Shown: positions 39,659 through 53,688, counted from the first letter of the stretch. The stretch: DNA of 64,000 nucleotides from Conidiobolus incongruus B7586 (GCA_000697335.1 JNEM01010494.1:1-64000); one strand, 5' to 3'. The notes: generated from the letters alone by a model not told the origin. Translations and numbers: made by a program.

Positions 39659-40603
39659 ATGGCTGTTATTCACATTAGCTCAGAATCTGAATACTACGGC
39701 TATGTATCTCGCTCAAATAAAAAATTGGTAATTGAAGTTACTGTTTATAATTTTATATATCTAATCTTCATTATATGAATAGGTCGTTGTAGATTTCTTT
39801 GCTACTTGGTAATATTTTAGTTATTAATATATCATTTATTTTTCAGCATTTAACTCTCTAAATTTGTTTCAAAATATATGAATAATTACTAATTCATTTT
39901 ATAGGTGTGGACCTTGTAGAATGGTAGAAGGACCTTACGAGAGCCTTGCCAGCAAATACTCGGGTGCAAATTTCCTCAAAGTAGACGTTGACCAACATCA
40001 AGGCATCTCTTCATCTGCTGGTGTGACTGCCATGCCCACCTTTCAAGTATTAAACATTTTTTCAGATTATATTTTAGATTCCAATTGTAACATCTTTTAG
40101 GTATATCTTCAAGGCGAAATGAAAGGCTCTGTTCGAGGCGCAAACTTATCTGAACTTGAGAATCTAATTATGTCCTATTACAAGAACTTTGACAGCTTTA
40201 GCGGCGCCGGAAATAAATTGGGCAGCAGCTCTGGTTCTTCAAACTCTCAAGCTTCAGCTCCTAACCCATTTGCTGCGCTGCTCCAGCCTAACCTTGTTGG
40301 TCCCGAAGTTGAATGTGAATTATGCGTCAGACTGTGGGATAATAAGAGCTTAAAGCATACTTTCCGCAGTACTGATACACTTGAAACCGTATATAACTGG
40401 GTTGCAACTCTACCAGGTGCTCCTGATAAGTTCTGGTTAGCTAATACATTCCCCAGGAAGTAAGTTTATCTTATAATTTGGATAACTGTTACGATTAATT
40501 TATATTTAGAATTTATCAAGACAATCAATTGGGATCCACTTTAAGAGAGGAAGGTCTCATATCTCGTGGACAATTATTGGTTAAGCTTAATAATCAGATT
40601 TAA
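39659..40603 (+). CDS. Thioredoxin (WCGPC) - SHP box - UBX fusion protein (5 exons)
   Basis: VVVDFFATWCGPCRM...FLKVDVD...VTAMPTF, then FSGAGNKLG, then CVRLWD...HTFRSTDTLETVYNWV...LANTFPRKIY...TLREEGL; phases are consistent. Confidence 0.85.
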
Positions 40604-42674
40604 AACTAATAAATCTTTTTTAATTTTGTGAAATGTCATTTTTGTCAATATTTTATTAATTGAATTTTTTCAAGCCCTACTGATATCAATATTATTGATT
40701 AAGTTTTATATATAATAATTATGAAATAGTTTTTTATATTTATAATTGTTTATTTAGATAAAAATTATATAATATATTATATTCATTATAGCGAATTTAA
40801 ATGAATCTAAATTTTACCGTTTAATGTATATATTCAATGATTTAAACTCTTTGAAGTCAATTTTAGCAACAGATTCAGTCATAATTCGAAATATATTTCA
40901 ATTTAACCATCAGTAAGATAAATAATAAAGATATGAAATATAATATCAACTTATATTAGAACTCGATTAAAATATATATTGATTTTGAAATATTATAATT
41001 TAAGGTTTCAAAGTAAAATAAAAAATGATATGTAGAGAGGAAATGAAATAAAGTCGTGAATATTCCATATTTTGATACTAAAAAATAAGTTTTTTACCAT
41101 AAACAAGTTTGCTAATAATTATAATTTCATATTTATTGAATAACTGAAATATATGATACCATATTAAGTTCTCTCGATTAAATTGATATTAAATTTTTTA
41201 ATAATCTTTAATAGTATAACATCAATATAATTTAGGATTATTTGTATGCATTTACAGATTATAGTAAACACTACAAATAATTTATTATTTTGATATTTTT
41301 TTAAAACCATTAATTTATTCAATAATATGGAAATTTGACGAAGTTACTATCAAACTCTGTTCATAAGTAAATAAACTTCACAGTGTTAGCGAATCGACGT
41401 CTTTAATTTATTCTATCCAAAGTTTTAACTAAATAAAAATCAATTCATTAAGTAAAATTTCATTGACCTTTAATTTAGTTATAATGAAATTTGGAATATT
41501 GTTAAAAGTTCAGATCTAAATTTTATTTATAATGAAAAACAAGAATGAAAAATTATGGGATGAACTAGTTAAATTTTAAGATTTTAAAATGTTCAACTAG
41601 CGTTTAAACTGGAAAAATTTATTGTACTGTACCTCAACAACTGAACACTATCATTATATATACAAAATGGCATGGTTAATATTAATTGTATCATTTTGAC
41701 TTCAGTTCATTATTTTATTGTCATAAAAAAGCATTATAAGCAATAAATTACACGTGATCTACTTCAAACGATTCATATATTGTCATTGAACCCATCTTTT
41801 ATTATTAGCGATGTTTAGCTGAGCGCTGATATGAAAAAGTACAATAGGATCTATTATAATATCCTGGTCTTATACAATATCTTTATAGTTTTAATATATT
41901 ATCTCAAACTTTTAATCTTATATTTTGTTTAAACATTTACCACAAATCATATTTATTTCGATTAACTTGATTAAAAATATCGACCAAACACCAACATAAA
42001 TCCGGATTATATGACTAAAATATTTTAATATTATGAGTTTCACATATTTGTTAATTATTGTAATTTTTATTTACAGAGTATATAATTTATCTTTTTTTTT
42101 GAAATCTAAATCATTGTAGTTTTGCTCTAATGGATATTAAAGCCTACATTACCAAATTAAGAAATTATATAAAATTGAGTAAAATATATTTTTCAATTTA
42201 GGATATAAATTATTAAAAATTTAATCAAAATAATTATCATAGTAACCATTATTTATAATTATATAAAATACATCTCAATGATTATAAATGAAATTAAATG
42301 CGATATACCCATGATTTTAACTACAATTCATTTAATTATAGACTTATCAGTTGGATGATTGTAATCAGAGTTAATAGAGTTTTACTGATGTTTACTTGCT
42401 GAACGTGGAAAATAACTGATGTTCTAAAATCTTGAATTTCTATGAAATTCTAACAGATAGGTCATTGGACAGTGGTGCAGTGAAGAACACATGACTAAAT
42501 TGGATCGGTTAATTAATATGGATTTAATGGAAGTAAAATAATGAACTTGTGACGTGTATTAATTTCTTATTCAATATAATCCATTTACTAAGCTGGGTAC
42601 TTGAGAAATTGGTTTATAAATATAAACAATATTAGTCTATTGGACCTGTCCATCATATTTGATTGTAAATAAAA

Positions 42675-43710
42675 ATGTCTATTCACAACACTACAGAAGG
42701 CATTCAACAAACTAACTACGTCAAAGACAGTTCTTGCTATCCTAGAAATTTGATTGGCTATGGTCCCAATCCACCTAATCCCAACTGGCCTAACAACGCC
42801 AAAATTGCAGTCCAATTCGTCTTAAACTACGAAGAAGGTGGTGAAAACACCATTTTAAACGGTGACTTGGGTTCTGAAACTCACTTGACTGAGGTAAATA
42901 TAATCTATTCATTCAAATTGCTTTTGTCTCATTAGTCATTCCGAAATTTAGACTCCTGGAAATCCCTCTCAAATTGGTGTTCGTGATATTTCTACTGAAT
43001 CTTGCTTCGAATACGGTAGCAGATGTGGTGTTTACCGTGTTTTAAACGCTTTCAAGGATTACGGCTACCATCTTACTGTTTATGCTGTAGGTAAGGCCCT
43101 TGAATTAAATCCCGATATTGGTCGTATCTTCATTGAAGGTGGACATGAAGTTGCCAGCCACCACTACCGCTGGATCAACTACGCCAATACGAATGAACAA
43201 GTCGAAAGAGATCAAATCAGAAAGTGTGTTGAAGTTATCAAGCAAACCACTGGCTCTGCCCCTGTTGGTTGGTACACTGGCAGACAATCTGCTCATCATC
43301 GTCAGATTCTCCTGGAAGAATTCGACAAATTGGGTTTACAACTCAAATATGACTCTGATGCCTACAACGATGATCTCCCCTACTACGTCCAAGTCAATAA
43401 CAAGCCCCACTTGGTCATCCCTTACACTTTAGATGTTAACGACATGAAGTTCGGTAACTACCCTGGTATCTCTACTGCCGACGATTACTTCGCTGTCCTC
43501 AAGAGTGCTTTCGATACCCTGTACGAAGAAGGAGTCAAGGGATCTCCCAAGATGTTCTCAGTTGGTCTTCACTGCCGTATCATTGGCAGACCTGGTAGAT
43601 TCCAAGGTTTGAAGAAGTTCTTAGACTATATCTCCAAATTCGATGACATCTGGGTCGCTAAGAGAGAAGAAATAGCTGATCACTGGTTAAAGACTTTCCC
43701 TGCTAAATAA
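42675..43710 (+). CDS. PuuE-type allantoinase (polysaccharide deacetylase fold), 2 exons
   Basis: YPRNLIGYG, WPNNAKIAVQFVLNYEEGGE, FEYGSRCGV, YTLDVNDMKF and SVGLHCRIIGRPGR. Confidence 0.9.
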
Positions 43711-44004
43711 TTAAACTAAAACAAACGTCAATTGTATAATTTGTAAATAGTGATCTTTTGTTTTATATATTTTATATTAGTACATTTAATAGGTAGTCGA
43801 TTAGATTGATAGATTTATATTAGAAAATACTTTTATATGTTAATCAATTATAAAATGATTATTACAAAGAATTAGGAGTTTTATTAATTGGAGATTGAAT
43901 CAATTGGTATAATATAGTCATTTAAATACCCTTCAGCATAAAATTAGAGCAAGATCTTGCTTCATTCAAAAATCAAGTCGTAACACACTGCTTTGTTACT
44001 AAAT

Positions 44005-45999
44005 TCATGGATCCAAAGGTTCAACAACCAAGCTGGCAGAGGGCCATAATCCCTTACAAGACTCCAAGGGATCTTGACTGGATTCATATTCGACTCTGGG
44101 GTACGGTGAGACAATGACAAATCTGGGTTCATGGACATAATCCTCTGGGAGTCCTGACGAAAGATCAAGCTGATCTTCATCAGGTTCAACTTGTAATGAT
44201 TCAACATAGTTGTAAAGTGTCTATTGAGAAAGTTTAGATATATTAACGAATAAAGATCAACATATTATATTTACCTGAACGGTATCATGAGCGTAAAATC
44301 TTCTCACAACTCTAGTGTTATCAGGCAAACGGAACTGAATCTTGGCAACATTTTTCTCATTAGCAGCAGGTTCAGGAGGAAGTGTAGCTTTTAATTGTTT
44401 ACGATAAATTGCTCTTCTCTAGAAATAATCAAAGTCAAATTTATGATATTAAAATATTGAAAATAATCTACTTTAGCTAATTCCAAGGCTTCTAAAGCTG
44501 CGAGCTCTTTTTCATGTTTTTCACGTTCAATACGCTCTCTTTCTTCTCTGGCTTTACGTTCCTATTTATTTTACAATTAGTATTGGTGATAATTAAAAAT
44601 CACATAGCGATTAAAATTACTTTTTCTTGATCTTGTCTCAAGCTTTCTAAATAGGCACGATCTTGCTCTTCTCTAATACTACGACTTGTTTCCCTTTCTA
44701 AACGATCGGCTCTAATCTGTTCCAAATATGGCGAGCATCTTTCGATTTGACGACGGATTCTTTGAATTGTATTTTCAACAGTATGGAATCCTATGTTTAT
44801 AGTAAATCGTATTAATACAATATTATCACTTGTTAAATAGTAATTGATTTACCTTCAATACGATCTACAACTAACATCTTACCAGAGTCTGACTGATTAG
44901 GGCGTCTTTGGAGACAGACAATGCCAATAAAAGGGAAAGTGCCAGCTTGAAGAATATTACTTACTAAATACTCCGATTAATTTATAGTCTAAACCAATAA
45001 AATAAAATAAAATTACCTTGATAACCTTCAGCATATTTTACATTTCCAGCCCAACATAAAAGATTATTTTCCCTAAAGAAATCGACAAATTGAGGAGAGG
45101 CCAAAACTTCAGTACAAAATCTGGGCATATCGTCATGTTGATCAGAGTGAAGGATCACAACTAGGATTTTAAGGTCACGCTTCGCTTGTTCTAGTGCCTA
45201 AAACAAATGTATATTATGTTAAATGTTGTATCCATATTGTATTTATTATTAAATTATTACTTGAGCATATCCAGATCCCAAAAATTCTGGATGAACTTCG
45301 CCATATTCCTCTTCAAATTGGTCTTGATAATGAACAATTGGTTGATTTGTATTTACTTGAGTGTAACCAATTGATTTAAAGGATCTAAATAAGAAGACTT
45401 TGAACAAGTTTTAGTCTGAAGTGAATAGCTTTGCAATAAATAGAATTACTTGGCAAGTAAAGGACTGATAACAAAACTCTAGAAATTAAATAGACAGGGA
45501 TAGTCAAATAGGACCAAAAAGAATTCTATTAAAAATTTGTTAATATCCGTCAATACAATTTAAACTAAATTTGCTTTACTCTCGGTGATCTAATAAAAAT
45601 TAAGTAAGTAATTTAAATACATTATCCCTAGTTAACATTTATACCTATTTGTATTTGTATTTGAGCTATTATTGCTAGAGCCACTGTGACTATTTCTCGT
45701 TAAAGGTGTGCTATCAGATTCATTTTGGTATTCCCTATTAGGCTCATCAAAACTAGCTTGAATAGCAGCCTAAATAAAAATATTAAACAATTCTGTTGAT
45801 AAATTGATATATTAGTATTATATACTTGAACGTTAAAATCATGAGAAGTTAATTTAAGGAGAGCAGTTTCTACATCATCAGTTTCCATAATTGACTAAAT
45901 TATATTAATTAATTTATCATTGACACTGTATTAGATTAATATTACCAAATATGTCTCTAATGCTTCCCTCTGACTAGAGTTTAATTGGTCCAAATCCAT
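44005..45999 (-). CDS. UBA-UAS-UBX Cdc48 adaptor (FAF2/UBXD8/Ubx2-Ubx3-like), many exons
   Basis: N-terminal UBA-like region, hydrophobic hairpin, UAS (FEEEYGEVHPEF...LVVILHS...LCWAG), coiled coil IREEQDRAYLESL and UBX (IQFRLPD...SPYPR...GLWPSASLVVE). Confidence 0.88.
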
Positions 46000-46128
46000 T
46001 GTAACTTTATAATTAACGATAATAATAAATTTATAGTATTTAAAAAAGAGTTAATTTAACAGTCCTTAATAATATGTCATTAATAGCAAATACCCTTAGT
46101 TTATTCACATGATCATATTATTGATTAT

Positions 46129-46136
46129 TTATGGGA
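46129..46136 (-). promoter_or_regulatory. TCCCATAA octamer upstream of UBX gene
   Basis: ~130 bp upstream of ATG 45999, sense orientation. Confidence 0.6.
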
Positions 46137-47877
46137 TTGATTTGAAATAATACTATTAGGTTAAAGGTTATTTGGTAAATGGTAATTGGTGTAGAAAAAA
46201 TGTGTAATTGATGCTTAACATTTGAAGAATATATTACCTTTTTTGAATAAAACTCTATAATGATATAAGAGATCGTTATATAAAGAATATAAGAAGCGAA
46301 ATGTTTGGTATTTTCAAGAAAAAATAAGCTATAATTTAATCCAATAGTTTATTGATATACGATTAATATTTTGAATATATACCAAAACATATATTAATCA
46401 TTATTAAAAATTGTGAATATGTATTAAATACAATCATTAATAAATTTTAACTGGAATAAAGAATCATTTCTGATTCGCCCCAAAATTCTTAATTATATCG
46501 TATAGTGTTACATATTTTTATAATCAGACCTAATTAAAATCAATAATGTATAATTTTCAGACAATATCTAACTCTTGTGAATTATATACATTAATTTAAA
46601 TTGAGGTCAATAATAAAATGATTGTAATTCATGGTATAAATAGTATAGATGATATTGAGTGTTTGGCAATTCAAAAAGGCACTCCTATAATATAAATGAG
46701 GTCAAGAGACCATGTATTTTTATAAAAATAATCCAAATTACTGAAATATTAATTCAAATAAAAAGTAATGCATAATTTTTTACTATTGTATTGTGATCGG
46801 GTTATACTTTAATTAAAATATTTTTTAATATTAATCAATTAACAGTCTTAATAGATTTAGATATAAACTTTACTCATTTTTCAAATTTGATCACATACAA
46901 AAACTGAATTTTTAATCTAAATAAATTTAAATTTGTTAAGACCAATGAAAATTTATGTTTGATATTACAAAATTTCCTACCATATCCCTTCTAACTATTA
47001 ATTTATAATCATACTACTCATTCAAACACCGCCCAATAATTTAAAATAACATTGATATAATAAAATTCAATACTCAAAATTATACAAATAATAGTTTTCA
47101 TTAACGTTATTTTTGATCTATAGTATATTTTTATATTTATTTCAAATATATCTATAATTGAAATTAAATGAAATTTGCGTTAATTAGTTTTTAATATTGT
47201 ATTCATATTTCAATATAAAACAATAATTTAAATAAAATAATAAACATATTTACACCTAATTTGAATATATAGAATCAAATTAATAATTTCCGAGTTATTT
47301 TGAATACTGTATACAATTGAAAATCAATTTTTTTCAAAAATTTAATTTAAAAAATATACTAAAATAAATATAGAATTTTTGAAGTTATATAATTTATGAT
47401 GGTAGCATACTCAACTTAATATTTTAATAAACAATATTTTGTTTTTTATTAATAGAATATTTGTTTAATTACGTTATTTTAAATGTAATATTATTATTTA
47501 TTATATGGATCAACACAACTAAATATTTCATCATATTATTTGTTTATTGGGAAATCTATAATCATAAATCATATTATTATGAAAGATTTATGGTCCATAA
47601 CTGATAATAATTTTATTTTCATATTTGACACATGCTTTGGCTAATTTTTCATTATCATATTTTATTTAATAAAGTATTAAAAACAAAATATATATTAATA
47701 AAAAGTATGAATATTGGATGATATATTCATAATATCATTTCATAATGGTTCAGCTGTATTATCTATAAGTATTTTAATTTTTGTCACTTTAATCAATCGA
47801 ATTTTATAATTTTAGTAGTACTATTCAAATTTGCAAAATCAGAGTGAATGTATCAATGTATCAATATATCAAAATAT

Positions 47878-48205
47878 TGCCACGAGCCAGGAGGCTCCTC
47901 TGCTACTAAATATGCTTACGTCAACTGAATATAAGGGTCACTCCCTCCTCACATGATCAGCCACTTCAGCTCTATCCTTTAATTGGCTGATGATATAAGC
48001 CACCGGAAAACCTCATAAATCTTTTTACTCTATTCACTCTATATAAAACCCGGAATTAGAGCTATCCTCAAGAGGACGAGCTCGATCTGGGTCCTCCCAG
48101 CTATCTGCCTTAAACCAAAAACTCCCTTTCTCCCTAACAGTTACCTGGAATTCCCCAGATCTCTCTCTTGTATTAAAATTAACCCGAACACGGCTTTCCT
48201 AACTT
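47878..48205 (+). mobile_element. LTR-like relic
   Basis: Sharp GC-rich island starting TGCCACG, with internal TATATAAAA (~48039) and ATTAAA near the end; no clean CA terminus or TSD. Confidence 0.35.
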
Positions 48206-48594
48206 GTGTTAAAATCATTAAATGTTTTGTAAATTACGAAATATTAATTTTAAATGTATATATGTTTATATTCTTTTGTTATGAAATCATGGTTGTCCAA
48301 AAATTTGTTGTTACTTTTAATTCAAACTGAAAATAATTAATACATCATTCAATGCATATATTCATAATGTTAAGTAAATTAATATTTAGATATAAAATAT
48401 AATGCCAAAAATATACTCATCATAATATTTTTCGGAAAAAATATAGCACTAATTAAATTTATAAAACAAAAAATCATATTTTATAGACTATTAATAATGC
48501 TCAAATATAAAATTTATAGCGGATGAGTGAATTTAGCAAGACAGGTTTAAGTTAAAATACAATTGTTAATAATTCCAAGAATCATCAATATCAT

Positions 48595-50712
48595 CTAAAA
48601 GGTAAACATCTGTCTGAAGGCCTCCAAATCATGTGCATCGGCTGCAGGGACCATTTCAGGCTTATTCATCATATGAAGAGTCATCTTGAGTGTATCCCAA
48701 ACGTGTGAGGAAGAAGAAGACATGACATCATGGGGTAAATCTGCCATACCTGGACCGTTAGGATTAGGAATTGATTTATCCTGAACTTGAAGAGCGAGCG
48801 CAGCAAGGAGATGTTCAGCTGCTTCATAATATTGTCCAAGGTTAATTGAACTAACTGCAAGGTTATAACGAGCACGAATGAAGGTGGGATTTAATTCTAA
48901 AGCCTTGAAGTATGCTTCAATCGCTTGGTTGGGTTCGTGGGAGTTAGCATATGTAGCACCAAGCTTATTCCATAGCATATAGTCATTGGGTAATACATTC
49001 AAAGCAGTCTTGAAGCAATCGACAGCTTTTTCGTATTCTTCTGAAATATTTAAGAGGACACCAAGACCAATTTGAAGATTTGGATCGATTCCTTGATGAG
49101 CATGACTTTGAATACTCTTAATATATAAATCGAAAACTTGGCTATATCTGTCAGAGGTAGTAGTACCCATCTCTTTTTCAACATGACTATAGGTAGGGTG
49201 ATGATGAATCCAAGCTTGTAATGAGTCAAAAGCTTCCATTTTGTGACCTTCGTTTGTATAAGAAACTGCAAGAGCCATATGAGCATCTAAAAGATCAGGC
49301 TGGATTTCTAAAGCCTTGCGAAGTGAAGCAATAGCAGCAGGCTCACGTTCATTTTCCTGTTGTCTCACACCAAGTTGGTACCATGCTTGGGCATCTTGAG
49401 GATTTTGTTGAACTCTGGCTTCTAAAGCAAGTAGAGCTTCGGCCAAGTCTTGACTTTGGGAAGCTTGTTCCACTACAGGTGCAGGAGCATTGAGGAAAGG
49501 GTTGGTAGTAGAGAATAAATAAGTGTCATAGAGCGGGTTATCTGCTCTATATCCTTCGCCTTGGGAAGAATATTTTTCCCAGTCTCTTGCAAGTTGAGCC
49601 CATTCAATATTTTGAGGATCATCAGTCATGCTATTAATTTCATCACCATATTTTTCGACCCAATTGCCAAAATCGAAAGCTTTTTCAAACTCATCATCAG
49701 TGAGTTCGGCAATGGTACTTTTGGGAGGATTGAGCGAACCAACGAGCTCGTCTCCCTCTTTGGCGTTCTCTTGGAGTTTGAGATACTCCTGGCTCCAGTC
49801 ATCGGCGGTCTTGGGCTCAACTTTTGAAGTACCATTGGCTTCAACGAGATCATTACCTTCAACCTTAACTTCACCATCTCTAATCTTTTGCATTGTATTT
49901 AAAAATACAGAGTTTTTAAGTTTGGGATTGGAACTCATGTCAATACCATCGATTAATTGCCCTGCAGCAATAGCTAATTCGTCAGTTTGCTTAGGTTGAG
50001 CTAATGATTGTGCTTGATCAAATTGATTGTCCCAATCTTGATTTGAAAGTTGATTATGAGAGGATTGCTGCGGAGGTTGAAAAGATGTCATAACAGGTGG
50101 TGTATGCATTGTGCTACGCATCATATTCATATGATATAAAGAGGGGCCGGGCTGGGACATAACATATGGACGAGGTCCCTGAGTCCAATTTGGAGAGTGA
50201 TGCATTTGAGGCGAACCTCCATGCTGCTGCTTAGATTCTCCATGATGACTAAGGAATTCACTTGAAAAATCCGTTGTTTCAAGCATAGGTGATACTGTAT
50301 GTGGTTGGGAATGATTGCTTATAGACATATGCTCTAAATCTCTATTCAAACTTTCTAAATGGAGAGAATCATGAAGATGGGGTAAATGAGCTTGGCCCAT
50401 ATGTTCAGGACCTATCTATAGAAAATTGAGTTAAATGAGTTTAAAATTTAAATTTAAAGAGCTGAAAAATACCTCATGGAAATCTTGTGATATAGTGTGT
50501 GTGCGGAAGTCCTATATGTAAAATTAGAAATTAGGTTATTAAATTAAACTTGCATAAAATACTTGTTCAGCTTGTCTACTGGTACTAGGACCAGCGAAAT
50601 TATTTTCCCTTAGAGCGGAACTTCCATGGATTTGGGGTAGTAATTGAGATAAAGCGTTATCATTAGGATTACAATTACCTCCTCCAGTAACTAAATCTTT
50701 AAGTCCGGACAT
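48595..50712 (-). CDS. PEX5: Peroxisomal PTS1 receptor PEX5 (3 exons)
   Basis: N-terminal Cys (GGNCNPNDNAL), WxxxF/Y motifs and TPR domain (QQENERE, LWNKLGATYANS, RARYNL). Confidence 0.95.
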
Positions 50713-51994
50713 TTTAAATAACTATTAAGTTGAAATAATGTAAACTTATTAATTAACTTCAATAAAAAGGTGCTGAAATAAAATTCTAATATCTTTAAAA
50801 TTGATTAAAAGTGTTTAAAATTTGTGAAATGAGTGCATGACCCCCTTTTATCCTATTCATATCTAAATTTATTTTAAATTATTAAATATCAAATGCTAAA
50901 CATTGTTCAAATCACATGCTGCATAATTATACTATGAATACAAGATTAGCTAATATAATTGGCTCAAAATACCCTTCAACCAATCTGGATTAGTTATTAT
51001 CACATGAACTATCTTCAAACAATTTCCATGTTAATTAGAAAATTAGGATCATGATTGCATAATACTAAAATGGCTTAGAATTCATTTTAAAATAGCCTGT
51101 TGACAAATCGTTTTATCTTATGATACTATAAATTTATGAAAAAACCCACTTAAAATACTACTTTTGAGCTTAATACTACTGAAATAATTAAATTTTAAAA
51201 TGTATCAAAAGTGGACCTCATAATTACCACTCCACACTACTATAATATAAAACTGAAAAAAATAGGTTAGTCACAAATTTATAATATCTTATTCTGCGAT
51301 CAGATGACATTCAAATCATACTGAAAATTAATAAACTTCACTGAAAAGTGCTTTTTAATAAGAAATTTAACCTTATTACGAAGTATCCAATTGTCATTGA
51401 AGTCAAATATCATTTTTTAATATATATATAACTTATAATCAATGATTTTTCTAGAAATTTCTTATAAACTTAAATTAATCACACCTTTTTGACATCTTAA
51501 TCTTTTGATTTAAATTTTCAAAACAGAAGTTAATATTTGAAAATATAGTCAATAGTTATATGTTTCGTTATTAAAATTTAATGCTAAGATTTTTACCATA
51601 ATAATTAACATTTTAATATACTTGCAAAAAATGAACAATACTATATCAATCATATGATTAGATACATTTGATTGGGGATTCACTTATAAAGATTAAATTA
51701 TTTGGATTTTAAGTAGTAATTTTGAAGTTCAAGTTTTAGATTTACAGATTATATTTATTTTTATCAATCCAAAATCGTCAACTATAAAAACATATATTAT
51801 TAAAAAACTTTAATATGATTAAATACCTAAATAAATTTTAAAGAGTGTACATATGAATAGTTTATCTATTAAACTTAACAATTTACGAAAAAGTACAATA
51901 GCATGTTGAGATAAATAAAAATCAGATAAATATTGGAATAAATTGAAGCCATCAATTCTATCAAATTGAGATTAAAATATATTATTAATAAGCA

Positions 51995-53688
51995 TTAAGG
52001 AAGAGGCTCCTCAATATCACTCAGCCTATTCAAATGTAAATAAGTGTCAGTACCATAGCCTTCCATTGAAATTAGTCTCAAATCTCCTCCAAAATACCTG
52101 GCATAGAGTCTACTGATTGGGAGACCATAACCGAAACCAGCCATTGGAGCACGGAAATCGGTTTTGTTAAAGTTTGGATCAAGTAGAGGCGTTTCAGCGG
52201 TAGTGTACATGTAAGTCCAAACCATTGGAATAGCACTACGCGGTATACCGCCACCTTCGTCAGAAATTTTAATCGTAATATCTTCCTGACCTTCAGCAAC
52301 AATGATTTTTATAGGAGGATAGCCATCATCCGGTTCTGTACCAAATCGTTCAACAACAGCACGAAGACTATTCTTCAAAAGTTCGAAGATCATATGATGA
52401 AGATGGCTTGGTACATACATAAATTCTAAATTTTCAGGACAATGTAAAGTAATTGGGGGTCCATTAAACAGTCCATAGTAATCTTCACAAATAAAACGTG
52501 CATTTTCTATGGCCTCTTGAACTATTTCATGAAGGTTTGTCTTAGTACAAATAATACCAACATAATTGGGTCTCTGAATGGGTGAGTGAAGCGCATTATG
52601 TTGACCTTTTAAATATACATTTAATAAGCAGTAATATAATAAAGTAATGAGTTACTTACCTAATAACATTCTAATTCCTATTCTTGACATATAAAAACGA
52701 TCCAAAAATGATTGAATTTCGGTATCAATAATACGAGAATTTTTAGCTTGTTTATACTCCACAATGCCTTGAGCTATTCATAGTTAATGTTAATAATCAA
52801 TAAACATAATTGAATTGTTGTAAATGATAATAGTACCCTAAACCGATTAATTAATAAAAAATAGCCAATAGAAAGAGAAGTAACTTACTAAAGTAGCTAC
52901 AACAGGATCGTGTCTACGTTTAATATGTTCCATTAGTTTAACAAATTTTTGGTTGTTTTCGATCACATAGTCTGGGATTTTTTCATCAGGAATATTAACA
53001 TAGAATCTAATTAAAAATAAATCATCAAATATCTTGCTTTAAATTATATTTCAAAATAAGTACCTATGATTTAGAGACATTGAACCATTTTTTCTGTAAG
53101 AAGGAGGTAAATCTGGATTAGGGCGACTTCCAACCAAGCGTACAATATCCTCTTCATTTTTTGAACAATTTTTAAACAGTTGTCTAACATCATCAGGTAA
53201 TTCAACTTTTTCAAAATTTAATAATTCCTATATTTTTATAATAATATGTTAAATAGAAAAGTCAACTAGGTATAAGAAAAAAAATAATACCTGAAATGAT
53301 TCAGCATACCAATGTTTTACTTTTTTGACAGAGGGCATATCACTCAAACCACCTGGTAGATTATCTAATTCAACAACGCGATGTGCTAAACGGATAGGTA
53401 TTTCCTCTAAAAAATATATTATTAATAAATGAGGTTAACATTTTAGTATAAATTGATATTACGAGCTAAGAACTGAGATGCTTTTAACAATGTCCCTTTT
53501 GAAGGATTTTCACCTAAAATAAATTGACAATTAGAAATCAAAAAGAATGATTGATTATGATTAGAATTAAAACTTTTGAAGTACTTACCAAACTTAACCA
53601 TCTGTCTCAACGAGACGCCAGTTTGAGGAAATTTAGCAAAGTGAGTAATCTTCTCAGCTAAATTTGTGGGGATTTTGGAAAAAGTCAT
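51995..53688 (-). CDS. Mitochondrial pyruvate dehydrogenase kinase
   Basis: EIPIRLAHRV, RRHDPVV, FLDRFYMSRIGIRML, FELLKNSLRA, ISDEGGG and AGFGYGLPISRLYARYFGG. The frame needs a 1-nt exon at 52837. Confidence 0.95.

Noticed and set aside
41553..41560. TCCCATAA copies at 41553 and 56378 as promoters of hidden genes
   Set aside because: Only very short ORFs lie downstream; these may be chance copies.
43962..44207. 81-aa ORF in the ORF track
   Set aside because: Alternative frame of the last UBX exon; the real frame ends at TGA 44005-44007.
48105..48120. TGCCTTAAAC resembling the U12 snRNA 5' end
   Set aside because: The branch-pairing region and Sm site do not follow.
49561..49999. Antisense ORFs over PEX5 (and similar ones over ENP1, ARG7, IRC5, TIM17, MATE)
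   Set aside because: Shadow ORFs of GC-richer coding sequence with no independent evidence.
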